Source: Octopus sinensis
Taxonomy: Eukaryota
Length of the DNA stretch: 64,000 nucleotides
Direction: 5' to 3'
NCBI RefSeq assembly: GCF_006345805.1
Contig: NC_042998.1
Coordinates: forward strand, 106,454,001 to 106,518,000
A program made the position numbers and the translations under genes. Positions 26,785 through 40,179 of the stretch are shown here, piece after piece (the first letter of the stretch is position 1; each line of letters opens with the position of its first letter). The notes under the pieces are model-generated. The model was not told where the DNA came from. It was given only the letters and a program-made list of their open reading frames with translations, and ran no database searches.

Positions 26785-27700
26785 AAGTAGTGGTGATGGT
26801 GGTGGTGAGAGTGATGGCATTGGTGATGGTATTAATGGTAGTGGTGATGGTATTAATTTGATGATATCAATGGTAGTGATGATGATGATGACAGAGAATA
26901 ACACATAGGTGTTGGTGGTAGTGGTGATGGTAATTGTGGTGGTGCCACTTGAAAGTAACACATACAGTGGTAATGGTAGTGAAATGATGGTAGTAGGGGA
27001 AGAGGTTGTCATTGTGGGTGGTGCTGGTGCTGGTGCTGGTGCTGGTGGTGTAGAATAGCATAGATGCTGGTAGTTGCAATGGTTGTGATAGGTTGGTAGA
27101 GTTTGACATACAGGTGATGGTAGTAATAATGGGTGATGGTGATGGTGATGGTGGTAGTGGTGATGCTGTCAAAAGTAGTGTTGGAGATGGTGATGGTGAT
27201 GGTGATAATGATAATGGTGGTGCTGACAGAGAAAAACCCACAGGTGGTGGTGATGGTGGTAGTTGTGGTGGTGATGGTGATAGTGATGGTGAAGGTAGTA
27301 ATGGTGCGGATGGCAATGATGGTAATGGTGGTGCTGGCAGACAGGAATACACTAGTGGTGATGATGGTAGTCATGGTGGTGATGGTGTTGGTGGAAGAGT
27401 TGATGCTGGCAGAGAATAACACTGATGATGATGATAATGATCATGGTGATTATGAGGATAATGATGGCGATGATAATGATGGCTGATTTACTGGTCTATT
27501 ATTGTTGTTACTGCTGCTGCAGAGAGAGGTGTTCGAGTTGATAGCAATGATGATGATGATGATGATGATAACAACGACAATGATGAGGACAATGATGATG
27601 ATAAGGATGATGATAGTAGTGATGGTCGTGGTGGTGGTGGTGATGGTCGTGGTGGTGGTGGTGATGGTCGTAGTGGTGGTGACGACGACGACAGTGATAT
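26785..27700. repeat. Degenerate (GGT/GAT)n low-complexity tract
   Basis: Direct reading; gives poly-G/D/V/M or poly-T/H/P in different frames. Confidence 0.9.
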
Positions 27701-28309
27701 TGAATAAGATAACTTGTTAAACTGTCCTCATCTCTTGTACAATATTGATTACTATCACTGCTATGATCACTGCAAAGACGGACTTCCTTCCTGCACTTCA
27801 TTCACCATCCACCCATCACCTACCATCCACCAATAAACATTGAGATGAAACCTTGACACTGCAATGATTGATGTACACAAAATTCACTTGCTTAAACAGT
27901 AATAAGCTTTCGACTCCTTTTTGAGATGATATTTGCAACTGCCCCTTTCACTCACTTTCTCTCTCACTGGCTCTCTTTGTTTTTGTTTTTGTTTTCTATT
28001 TATCTTCCTTTTTCTTTTCATCCTTAATTTTACTGGTAATGGAAGTCACTAGTTTCTCTTTCTAAACCATTTACTTGCAACCTGTGGCATGTTACTATGA
28101 GAAGAGTGTGCAACAAAACCAGATATGTGAAGAATCCCATGCGCACAAGCAGAGCAGGAGACAGCTGAGTGAAGAAATCTATCATAGCAAATATTTGTTT
28201 GATTGGAGCCAGCCAGATTAAGATTCTTTCTACAATTAGTCAATGGTATGCTTCTTTCATATGACAATTAGTAGTGAATCTTTAGTGTGAATTTGTAATT
28301 AATCTCATA

Positions 28310-28680
28310 TTCAGTTCCTGCCAAAGTCAACTTTGCCTTTCTACCTTCCTGGGTTGATAAAATAAGTATCAGTGAAGTACTGGAGTCAATGTAATCAACA
28401 AATCCTCACCTACAAAATTGCTGGCCTTGTGCTAAAATTTGAAACAGTTATTATAAATATTGTCATTAGGCAGTGAGCAGCAGAATCATTAGCATGCTGG
28501 AAAAATGCTTAGCGACATTTTATCTGTCTTTATGTTCTGAGTTCAAATTCCACCAAAGTCAACTTTGCTTTTCACCTTTTGAAAGTTGAAAATAAGTACC
28601 TGTCAACTACTGGGGGACAATACAACCAACTTACACCCCCACCTCAAATTGCTGGCCTTGTACCAAAATTTGAAACCATT
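28310..28680 (+). mobile_element. Two adjacent SINE family C copies
   Basis: aaagtcaactttgc...aaataagtaYc...aaattgctggccttgt twice. Confidence 0.75.
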
Positions 28681-29056
28681 ATTAGTATTGTTATTGATGT
28701 GGATGCAGCAGCACATCATCAGATCATATTTTAGCAGTATGCAAGTAATCCTTCACAGAACATTCCTGGGGGGGGGGGCATAACCAAGTCATGAACATTC
28801 TTGCTAATGCACTAAAACAACAACAAAACCACAGCATCAATGCTATGAGAGTCAACAGTAAGTTACACCCTACTATTTCTCACAAGGATTGTAAGAAATG
28901 CAGGAATGTCAACAGAGGAAATCCAAGATCCAGATTTCTGAAGGTGTTCTGAATAAATTTATAGCACAGAGAAATTTAGAATTTTATTTTCCCAAGCCAT
29001 ATTGCAATAAAATAGCAAAGTCATGACTGATAAAACAACTTGACCATGAAGATAAC

Positions 29057-29260
29057 TTTTTCTATTCTAGGCACAAGGCTCTAAATCTTGGGAGAGGAGG
29101 AATCTATTAAGATCGACCTCAGTATGCAACTGGTACTTAATTTATCGACCCCGAAAGGATGAAAGGCAAAGTTGGCCTTGGCAAAATTTGAACTCAGAAC
29201 GTAAAACACTGCTAAGCATTTCACCTGGTGTGTTAACATTTCTGCCAGCTCACTGTCTTT
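29057..29260 (-). mobile_element. SINE family C
   Basis: 16-bp TSD tgaYcatgaagataac at 29041-29056 and 29261-29276. Confidence 0.85.
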
Positions 29261-30454
29261 TGATCATGAAGATAACAATGCCTTAAAAAGTCATTGTGGA
29301 GTGAACCATGTTTAATTTCAACATCTTCCAGACTTTCAAAATGATGGCCATCCATCAGTGGCTTTTGGTTGTTAGAGAGAAGGTGTTTACAGGTTGACGA
29401 GAGCTTCTATAAGTTACCATATTATCTATTGAATTTTTTTTTTTATATTTAACAACTTATACATCCAACATAGTAGCATCTATATGGCCATTTGATCTGC
29501 AAGAAATAACAGCTAAACAGCCCTTAAGTCACACATTATATCGTTGAAGAAAAACTCTTCAGACAATCTACTCATAAATACAATAAAAGCTAAGTTAAAC
29601 AACGACAACACAAGTGTGTTAAGTTATTAATAGCTACTTCAGTTTATGCTGTGTTAATCTGGATTTTTCTATCTGGATCTCCCATTCCTCAAGAAATAAA
29701 CTATGGACACTTGGTCAACAGTTGTAGGAAGAAATGCCAGATTACTTCACATAAAATCAACAGAAATATTCTTGAAATCTCCTGCCTTCTTTCCAATAGG
29801 AACAGCACTGGAAGACAAATAGCAAAGGCCCAATTTATATTGCAACAAATTATATAACTTTTAATATGTATACATATATGAGTGTATATACAAGGTCAGG
29901 ATTTTGGTCAATGAAAAATTAAGTATAGAGGGGGAGAAGTTAAAAGGTGTAAGAGTATCAGGAGGAAAGGGGTGGTATGTGGCAGTATAGAAAGAATGGA
30001 GATCCTCAGAATAATATAACCTGTAGATAGATCAGAAAATATGGAGATTGGTGTGCAGGGTGGAAGAATGGAGAGGGAGAGATGTGTAGTGACAATGTAT
30101 TGTTCACTGTTTCCTATATATTAAAGCTAAATATTAAAGCAAGAATTTTATCTAAGCAACTGACAAACAGGTGCACAGCATTGACAAACCCTAACTAGGG
30201 TGAAATATATGTTATTCTCATGAGTCACAACTGCTACATTGTTCATTTCGATCTAAGATATATCATGTTTTTAACACAAGATATTTTTGAAGAAATTTTC
30301 TCTCAGACAAAAACCACAGCATTGTGCCATTCAGTGGAGTATATACATTTATTATGATGCACCTCTGGTGATTTCAGTTTACTGTTGTTTCAATTACATT
30401 CACTAAGACACATACATACATGCTTGGGTGTCATTCTGAGGCCAGTGCAATGTG

Positions 30455-31058
30455 AGGACATGTACCAAGAGTGATAAAAATCACACATACAGTCAACATC
30501 ATGATGTTGGAGCGATCACTAGTGATGGTGACATCATGCCTTCATTCATCTTCCCACATGGTTTCAGACTCAACACGGAAGCCCACATCAAGTGCCTGGA
30601 GGAGGTAGTGCTGCCCATGGTCAAGAGGGTGGTTTCTAGAAGATCCTATGTCTAGAAACAGGACTCTGCACCATGCCACACAAGCAGGAGAACCCAGATA
30701 CAGCTGTCAAACAATTTCTGTGACCACATCACCCCTAACATATGGCCACCTAACTCTCCTTGATTATCATGTGTGGGGCGCAGACCAACAAAACTCTTTG
30801 TAACACCAAAGACAAGCTGAAGGCAAGGATTATCACAGCATTTACCAACTGAAACAAGAAGACCGTCCAGAAGAGTTGCAGATTCCAAAGTCGTCTGGAG
30901 GCCGTGATTGAAGCTAATGGTAAGTTTATTGAATAAATTTACACTTTAGTATTTCAAGATATTTTTATGTAACTTTGGTAAATATATCTGTTAAAATGAG
31001 ATGTCAGTGTTATTTTCATTTTTGCATAATTTAGATGACAATTTATTCACCACACTGT
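30455..31058 (+). mobile_element. 3' half of a second DD37D element copy
   Basis: Collinear with 22385-22960; right end gacaatttattcaccacactgt is complementary to the left end at 21744. Confidence 0.85.
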
Positions 31059-31067
31059 GCATATATC

Positions 31068-31396
31068 TACAGGGTGGACCAAAATGATCTGATACATTTG
31101 GAGGCTTAATAAAAGAACAAAATAAGAAATAATGAAAAGAAAAATCTTATTTTCTGAATGTACATATAATGCCATTTTATTTCATTAAGTTTTAAAAATT
31201 AAATCAGCTAAATGCTTCCCATCATTGTCAACACACTGTTGGAAACATTCATGAAAGTTATCAATAACTCTATGGATCATTTCTCCTTGAATGGTTGCTA
31301 TTTCTACACAAATTGCATGTTTTAATTCATCAATAGATCAAGTGCGATGACTGAATACTTTTGATTTTAAATATCCCCACAAGAAGAAATCACATT
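31068..31396 (-). mobile_element. Tc1/mariner-superfamily transposon 3' end (different family)
   Basis: Minus CDFFLWGYLKSKVF...IDELKHAI...FQQCVDNDGKHL; end tacagggtggaccaaaa. Confidence 0.75.
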
Positions 31397-31416
31397 TCAC
31401 CATTCCAGAAGAATAT

Positions 31417-31454
<38 letters not shown>

Positions 31455-31460
<6 letters not shown>

Positions 31461-32032
31461 TCAATATAGGGTGGCAAAAAAATTTTGTAGAATTTTTTGC
31501 CACCAGCGGCCTAGTGGGAAAAAATTAAATAGTCATAGACCATTTTAAAGTTCAACATCAACAATCAAGGAACGGCCATAATAGGCCATTCACCCACTAG
31601 AAATAACAGCCAAAGCTTCAACCGCAAATAAAAATTGATTAATTATGAATTTTCTGGTTAATTCCGTAATGGAATCGACGGCTTATATTTATTTGCTGCC
31701 GATAAATTTGGCGCGAGTGCGATGATTTGAAAATTTTAGGTCAGATATTACCTTGGCAGGGTCGGAAATGCCTCGTGAAAATATCTGTTCCGACTTGTGG
31801 CTATTTCTTACTGAAGAATCTGAGGGCCTATGGAAGATTGGCCTGATTTAATTTAATCAGGTTAGTTTACCATTAAACAGCAGATGAAACGGTGCATCGT
31901 ATAAGAAATTACAGGGTAAATGTTTTTTAAATTTTCTCCTGTTTACGGAATTGATTTTTATTTGCGGTTGAAGCTTTGGCTGTTATTTCTAGTGGGTGAA
32001 TGGCCTATTATGGCCGTTCCTTGATTGTTGAT
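31455..32032 (+). mobile_element. Penelope-like pLTR remnant with 79-bp inverted repeat
   Basis: Arms 31557-31635 / 31954-32032 appear to be perfect reverse complements; internal hammerhead; (TA)n on both sides. Confidence 0.8.
31803..31909 (+). ncRNA. Type I hammerhead ribozyme motif, intact core
   Basis: atttctta CTGAAGA atctg...cagat GAAA cggtgcatcg TA taagaaat; 8-bp perfect helix I, near-palindromic helix III. Confidence 0.9.
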
Positions 32033-32216
32033 ATATATATATATATATATATAGCAGTAGTGCTCCAGCATGGTTGCAGTCAAAATGACTGAAACAAGTA
32101 AAAGAATAAAAGAATATGTGTATATATGTATGTGTGTGTGTGTGTGTGTGTGTATTGACTCGAAAAGATGACAACTCACATAGATATCTGTGCATGTGTA
32201 TATGTGTGTGTGTATG

Positions 32217-32265
<49 letters not shown>

Positions 32266-32426
32266 TATATATACATACATACATACATACTACATACATA
32301 CATACATACATACATACATACATACATACATACATTATGGCTGCCCCCTCGTTATCGAGTATGGCCATTGCACGAAGCTTAACTGTTATTGGTATGCATA
32401 CATACATACATACATACATACATACA

Positions 32427-32460
<34 letters not shown>

Positions 32461-32494
32461 CATATATGCATATACATATATATATAAATATATA

Positions 32495-34082
32495 GTAACC
32501 TCTGTCAAAAGGACTGAATTTCACACCTATACCAGCAGTCAACCACAAAGAACTAAAGGAGGATATCCAAAAATTCTGTTGTAAGTTACAACTTGTAGAA
32601 TTCTTCATTAATAAAAGTAATGAGATTGATGAATCCCTAGTAAAGAATAAATCAAATTTCACCCTACCAAAAGGAAGTGTAGGCGAAGATACTCCCTTGA
32701 CAGTAGTGTTAAACAAACTGACACTAGATGGTGTTAGAGTGTGAGATTCTGGCATGAGCCCTTAGGATTTTCTCTTTCTGCATTGGGACATGAAACTATG
32801 AAGACGTAACCTAACTGGCTCTCTCTCACACCACACACCAGTAGCCTCCACACATCAAATCATTTGCATAATATCCTTCAGCTTGTGTATATAAATGTGG
32901 CCGCATTAAAGGTATACAAAGTCACAGCTTTGTTTCATGTATTCTTTATACCGGGTTTTCTGTCAAATGATATTACAGCCTTCTGAGCAGAGTCACATTA
33001 GATGGAATACAACCTATCCATCTATAAAAGAAATAACTATCTTGACCAATACATTGATATCCTGTCTAAATTTCCCCTTAGACACAATACTAATGTTAGG
33101 CCAAACATTAATAAATCGGAGATGTCTGCACTTAACCATATGCAAAACGATCAAACAATAATAATTAAACAAGCAGATAAAGGAGATGCAATTGTTATAA
33201 TGGATGCTGAATATTACAAGGATTTGGTTGAGGACCAACTGAAGGATACAACCTTCTATTGTGAAATACCTTCAAATGTAGACCACCACATCATGAAGAA
33301 GATCAACAACCTGGTTTCAAAACACTACAACTCACTTACCGATAATGAGACTACATCACCAATTTTAAGCCAAAACCCAGTAACTTCTACAGTTTACTGA
33401 AAATGCATAAGTAAAAAGATATTCAACATGCAGTAAAAGAACAAGAAAGTGAGTACATAAAATTATTATATCCAAAAGACTTGAAACTTATACCCCTTAT
33501 AGTTGGTCCAGCATGCTTTACCCACTGTCTAAGAAATTTTATTGACATTGTTTTGAAACCACTATGTACCTACATACCTCGTTTCATCCAGGATGACATT
33601 GACTTCCTGTCCTATCTTCCCATAACAACACAAACAAATTCACTTTTACTTAGTATTGATGTAGTAAGCCTTTACACCAATATTCCACATGATTTAGAAA
33701 TAAAAGCGATAAGATACTGGGTAGAAAAACATACAGAAGGAATTCCTAACAGGTTCACAGTGCGATTTATATTAGACACAGTCAGACTTATTCTGGAAAA
33801 CAACACATTCTTCTCCAGGGGAAAGAATTACACCCAAATTAAAGGTACAGGGAAGGGAACGAAGTTTGCTCCCATTTATGTGAACTCTGTAATGAGATAC
33901 TTAGAACAACTCTGCCAAGAAGTAAAGGAAAGCTATAACACTGAATTTAGAAAGTATATTGAAAAGGCATAGAAGAGATACCTTGATGACTGCTTCATAA
34001 TCTGGACAGAATCTCTAATTACTCTGGAAGAATTCAATATTCTCTTGAACAACCTACACTCATCTCTTCAATTTACAATGGT
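32495..34082 (+). pseudogene. Penelope-like element reverse transcriptase, degenerate
   Basis: [49 protein letters not shown] and RYLDDCFIIW motifs; stops and frameshifts; unrelated insert ~32672-33027. Confidence 0.9.
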
Positions 34083-34106
34083 GATGATGATAATTTCATT
34101 ATATTA

Positions 34107-34440
34107 TAGGTGCAGGAGTGGCTATGTGGTAAGTAACTTGCTTACCAACCACATGGCTACAGGTTCAGTCCCACTGTGTGGCCCCTTGGGGAAGTGTCTA
34201 CTACTATAGCCTCTACTGTAGTGAGTGTGTGTCTCCCACCCCCACCCACCATCACTTGACAACCAATGGTGGTGCGTTTACATCAATGTAACTTAGCAGT
34301 TCAGCAAAAGTGACCAATAGAATAAGTACTAGGCTTACAAAGAATAAGTCCTAGGGTCGATTTGTTTGATTAAAGGTGGTGCTCCAGCATGGCCACAGTC
34401 AAATGACAGAAACAAATAAAAGAATAAAAGAATAAAGAAT
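34107..34440 (+). mobile_element. SINE family A with internal deletion
   Basis: Head and tail match family A; middle shortened. Confidence 0.85.
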
Positions 34441-34608
34441 ATTATATTATATTATATTATAAAAAAGATTGAAAATAAAACATGGAAATCAGACAAAATT
34501 GGAATTCCTTTGATTACAATATTCTTCTATACACAATCATACACACCCATGTGTATATATATCTATATACCTATATAAATATATATGTTTGTTTGTGTGT
34601 GTGTGTGC

Positions 34609-34650
<42 letters not shown>

Positions 34651-34835
34651 ACCACCATCACTGCTTGACAACCAACGTTGGTTTGTTTACATTTCCATAA
34701 CTTAAAAGTTTGGCAAAAGAGGCCAATAGAATAAGTACCAGACTTTAAAAAGGTACTGCGGTCGATTCATAAGACTAAATTTCTTGAAAGTGGTGCCCCA
34801 GCTTGGTCACAGTCTAATTACTGAAACAAGTAAAG

Positions 34836-34912
<77 letters not shown>

Positions 34913-35479
34913 CATATATATATATATGTATGTATGTATATATATATATAAATGTATATGTATGTATGTATATATATATATAAATGTATATGTATGTATG
35001 TATATATGTATGTATATATGTATGTATATATGCATGTATATATGTATGTATGTAAGTATGTATGTATATGTGTGTGTATGTATATTATGCATCAATGGCT
35101 CTTATTTATCTAGGCATAACAAACACCATAGCTTTGTAAATATCAAAGTTCAAGTGAGGCAGATAGACAGTTATACTTCAGAAAGAAAAGAATACACACT
35201 CTCTATTGTAATCAGTAATATGACAGCCTCATGAACCAATATGTATGCGTGTATGTTTGTGTGTGTTGGTGGGCTACATGCACATGTGTGTGTGTGCTAG
35301 TGTGTGTGTGCTAGTGTGTGTGAGCATGTGTATTCCAAAGTAGAAAAATGGAAATGTGGGTTAGTGAATGCGTCAGCTTCGAAATATACATATATGTACT
35401 TATATATGTGTGTGTGTGTGTATGTGTGTGAGTATACATATATACACACACAAACATATATATATATATATATATATAC

Positions 35480-35513
<34 letters not shown>

Positions 35514-35604
35514 ACATACATATACATATACATACGTATACATATACATACATATATATATATATATACATACATATATATATACATACATATATATATA
35601 TATA

Positions 35605-35932
35605 TCTGCACCCCCCCACCACCATTATAGGTGTCTACTCTTTGAACCCCCCTCTTCAATACGCTATTTCACCATGCATTACCCCTCTCTCGATATCCTA
35701 CGTTCTACTTGCCTAGAACCTGTCCTCTGAACCACCCTTCCCACTGGTGCTCCCCTATATTTCTGCACCCCCCCACCACCATTATAGGTGTCTACTCTTT
35801 GAAGCCCCCTCTTCAATACGCTATTTCACCATGCATTACCCCTCTCTCGATATCCTACGTTCTACTTGCCTAGTACCTGTCCTCTGAACCACCCCTCCCA
35901 CTGGTGCTCCTCTATATTTCTGCACCCCCCCC
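35605..35932 (+). repeat. 157-bp tandem repeat (two copies plus a partial)
   Basis: tctgcaccccccc recurs at 35605, 35762 and 35919 with near-identical intervening sequence. Confidence 0.9.
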
Positions 35933-36167
35933 ATAAAAAGCACCATCCGAACGTGGCCGATGCCAGACCCCTCTGGCACCTGTGCAGGCGGCACGTAAAA
36001 AACACCCACTACACTCGCGGAGTGGTTGGCGTTAGGAAGGGCATCCAGCTGTAGAAACACTGCCAGACTAGACTGGAGCCTGGGGCAGTCCCGAGCTCCC
36101 CAGACCCCGGTCGAAACCGTCCAACCCGTGCTAGCGCGGAAAACGGACGTTAAATGATGATGATGAT
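35933..36167 (+). mobile_element. RTE 3' tail
   Basis: Close match to 55400-55611. Confidence 0.9.
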
Positions 36168-36221
36168 ATACACATACATATATACACATATATATATATA
36201 TATAATTATATATATGCATAT

Positions 36222-36615
36222 AAGCACTGGAGTGATTGTGTGGTAAGAAGCTTGCTTCCCAAGCACGTGGTTCCAAGTTCAGTCTCACTGTGTGACATCT
36301 TGAGCAAGTGCCTTCTACTATAGCTTCAGGCTGACCAAAGCCTTGTGGGTAGATTTGATAAACAGAAATTGAAAGAAGCCCATCATATATATATATATTT
36401 GTATTTGTGTGTGTGTGTTTGTCCACCCACCATTGCTTGTCAACTGATGCAGGAGTGTTTTTATGTCCCTGTAACTTAGTGGTTCGGCAAAAGAGACCGA
36501 TAGAATAAGTACTAGGCTTACAAAAAATAAGTTCTGGGATCGATTTGCTCAACTAAAAGCGCTGCTCCAGCAAGGCTACAGTCAAATGACTGAAACAATT
36601 AAAGAATAAAAGAAT
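36222..36615 (+). mobile_element. SINE family A
   Basis: Collinear with 7094-7503. Confidence 0.85.
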
Positions 36616-36769
36616 GTATAAATATACATGCATATATTCATGTGTATATAATATGTGTGTGTGTGTGTGCGTATGTTTAAATACATAGAGAGAGATATAT
36701 GTGTGTGTGTGTGTGTGTGTGTATGTGTGTGTGTATGTGTGTATACACACACACACACACACACACACA

Positions 36770-36817
<48 letters not shown>

Positions 36818-37342
36818 TATCTGGGCTAGACGCACCTGTCTTTAACACATTTATCTCTCTTTTAATTCTTTTATCCATATCAGTGTTCAAGTTTCAAATG
36901 TCTTCTTATCTCAGTGAAATATCTTTCGACTTTTACACCAGTTCAGCAAAATGATTATCTGACACACAAAAAACATCAATATTACACTCATATGAACTTA
37001 AAACAGGGAAAAAAGAATTATTACCATGTATACACACACACACACATACACACACACACATACACGCACAAACACACACACAAACACATACACAAACACA
37101 CACACATACATGTATATATGTATACAGTCAACAAATGAGTATTAAATATAATAGTTTGGATGTGAAATACAAAATATGTATATATATGTATATATGCAAA
37201 ATGAGAGAAAGCAAAAGGATGAGACTTTCAGACGATGAATATATGCAAGTATGAATATAGAGATATTTATATTAATAGTTCTAATTTATACAGAGTACAA
37301 GCAACTGAGAAAATTAAAGGGGTGAAAAAAAGGAGTTATAAA

Positions 37343-37408
37343 TCCAACAGCTGTTTCTGGGGGTTTGGTGATCCATGAAATTAAAATCTATTTTACCCTC
37401 ATGATGGA
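37343..37408 (-). ncRNA. Decayed type I hammerhead-like motif
   Basis: Minus: tcc atcatga ggg...ccccca GAAA cagctg TT gga; palindromic helix III kept, CUGA lost. Confidence 0.45.
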
Positions 37409-37809
37409 GGCTTGTCTTATCTAATGTTATACAACTGCATATAGTGATGAACTACATCTACCAACATTATGATGCCCATGTATACTACAGACTATACATA
37501 ACCACCCCAGGAATATGGACTGTCATCTTAAGAGACATATGATTTGTGGGAATGCACATAGCGATGCATTAAAATATTTCTAAATTCCATCCAAGGATTA
37601 TTGTTATTATTAATATATTTATTCTACATTATATCAGTGCAGCTTCGTGTAACCCCCAAAACTGGTTCACCAGTCAGCATCATTTGACTGTGGCCAACAT
37701 AACAGAATAGGAGCTTCATTTGCATATTCAAACATATTTAAGATACATACAAATCAAAAATCAATATCAAAAGCAAATCAAGATTAAAATCAAAATGGAA
37801 ATTGTAATT

Positions 37810-38240
37810 GTGACCGATGCCAGTGCTACCTGACTGGCACCCATTCTGGTAGCACGTAATAAGTACCATTCAAACATGGACTGATGCCAGTTCTGCCTGA
37901 CTGACTCCCTGTGCTGGTGGCAGGTAAAAAGCACCATCCAAATGTGGTTGATGCCAGTCCCCCTACCCCGACTGGCACCTGTGCCGGTGGCATGTAAAAA
38001 ATACTATCCGAACGTGGTCGATGCCAGTGCTACCTGACTGGCTCCCATGCTGGTGGCACATAAAAAGCACCTACTACACTCTTGGAGTGGTTGGCATTAG
38101 GAAGGGCATCCAGCTGTAGAAACCTTGCCCAATCAGATTGGAACATGGCGCAGCCTACTTACTTGCAGTCCCCAGTCAAACCGTCAAACCCATGCCTGCA
38201 TAGAAAACGGACATTAAACGATGATGATGATGATGATGAT
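37810..38240 (+). mobile_element. RTE-type 3' tail element with four tandem units
   Basis: gatgccagt...actggc...ggtggcaYgtaaaaa units, then conserved tail and (ATG)n. Confidence 0.85.
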
Positions 38241-38640
38241 GGTGATACACATATATATTTATGTATATGTGTGTGTGTGTGTGTGTGCATGTGTGTATGT
38301 ATGTATTTATGTACGTATATATTTATATTGTCAACTAGTATATTCCTGGTTATGGCATATAAGATTCTGACCAGTTATAAGCCATAACTAAAAGCATGCT
38401 CCTCATCAATATAACCATTCTCTTTTCCTTTTAGACTGTGCTTTGTTTTTCTGAGTAATGGACAACTAACTGACAATGTATATAAACACACACAAAATTG
38501 CACGTGTGTGTGTGTGGTGTGTGTGTGTGTGCATAAAGATAGAATAACAAAGAGAAAGATAGTTTGAAAGAGAAATTCTACTTCCAATATAAGTTATCTC
38601 CATTTTGATAAAACACGCTAGTTTAAGTAAGGTAACATAT

Positions 38641-38659
38641 ATGTGTGTGTGTGTGTGTG

Positions 38660-38691
<32 letters not shown>

Positions 38692-38710
38692 CGCGCGCGT
38701 GTGTGTGTGT

Positions 38711-38743
<33 letters not shown>

Positions 38744-38750
38744 TGTGTGT
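38641..38750. repeat. (GT)n tract with two (GC)n runs
   Basis: Direct reading. Confidence 0.95.
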
Positions 38751-39020
38751 TATTTTCACTTTCGATTCTTATCCTTGTGTGTAATCTTTTGTAGATATTT
38801 ATTTCATTCAGCCCATTTAGTTTCTAGCCACACTGGATTACAGTAACAAATTATTCAAGTACAAGAACCGGTGTGAGAATAAATTCGGTGTGGTTATGTC
38901 GAACACAAAGAACAAATTTGAAACAAAAGCTTTAGAAAAATACTTTTAATATCAACTAACCATCAATTTCTATTAACAATGCACTGCTGTAACAATGACA
39001 ATGAAAAATGTTTATAATTG

Positions 39021-39030
39021 ATTTATTATT

Positions 39031-39122
<92 letters not shown>

Positions 39123-39157
39123 TATTATTATTATTATTATTATTATCATTATTATTA

Positions 39158-39215
<58 letters not shown>

Positions 39216-39254
39216 CATTATTATTATTATTATCATTATTAATATTATTATTAA

Positions 39255-39290
<36 letters not shown>

Positions 39291-39306
39291 CATTATTATT
39301 ATTATT
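39021..39306. repeat. (TTA)n/(TCA)n microsatellite
   Basis: Direct reading. Confidence 0.95.
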
Positions 39307-39860
39307 GAGAAACAGAGAGAGCAGTGCATACCATCAAAGTAACACTGGGGTAAAATATACGAAGCCCAGTATACATGACTACCCATCTGATAAGTGTACA
39401 CCAGGCACATGCATCACAACCATATGTGCGTGACATGGCGATTTAATATCAAGATAAACAGTGCATGACCTTGCAGGTGGGGCCCAGTTAGAATTTTATT
39501 CTGGTCGAGTAACCCACCCGCTCAAAAGGTCCCTGAATAAGGATTGTTTAAGGATGTTGAACGAAACACCCATGTTTCCAAAGGTGAATTAGCCAAACCT
39601 CCAAGAATTCCTGTCAACACATGGCTATGATGCTCTCCTACTACTTCTGCTTGTGATCAGAGATGTACATATCGACAGCCACTAAGGGACATGCTCAACT
39701 GGTTATGGTCAAACAACTGACAAGCAAATCTGTGGTATTGAGGAGAATATTTGCTGTAGCCCATCTTTTATACTGAGACAAAACAATGTACATGATAACA
39801 TTTCCAATCAGTTAAGATCAGAAGCCATGAGAGCCACTGCCTGGTACTGCATTAGGGCAT
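39307..39860 (-). mobile_element. ~550-bp non-coding interspersed repeat ending in (AAT)n
   Basis: Second partial copy at 1-60; abuts a long (AAT)n tract on the minus strand; orientation inferred. Confidence 0.6.
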
Positions 39861-39879
39861 TGTTGTTGTTGTTGTTAAT

Positions 39880-40090
39880 ATAAGGGCGAGAAGCTGGCGG
39901 AATCATTAGTACGCTGGGCAAAATGCTTAGCAGCATTTTGTCTGTCTTTATGTTCTGAGTTCAAATTCCGCTGAGGTCGACTTTGCCTTTCATTCTTTTG
40001 GGGTTGATAAATTAAGTACCAGTGAAACACTGGAGGTTGATGTAATCAGCTAGTACCCTCCCCAAAAATTTCAGACCTTGTGTCTTTAGT
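39880..40090 (+). mobile_element. SINE family C
   Basis: aagctggcggaatcattag...gaggtcgactttgcctttcat. Confidence 0.85.
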
Positions 40091-40122
40091 AATTATTATT
40101 ATTAATATTATTATTATTATTA

Positions 40123-40179
<57 letters not shown>

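Noticed and set aside
26761-27801. Gly/Asp-rich, Pro-rich and His-rich ORFs
   Set aside because: Low-complexity GGT/GAT tract open in several frames on both strands; no domain or splice support.
37810-38075. CRISPR-like repeat-spacer pattern in the ~60-bp units
   Set aside because: The intervening parts are homologous to each other and to the RTE 3' UTR.
39790-39860. HDV-like ribozyme at the presumed 5' end of the 550-bp repeat
   Set aside because: I could not build a consistent P1/P3/P1.1 fold by eye.
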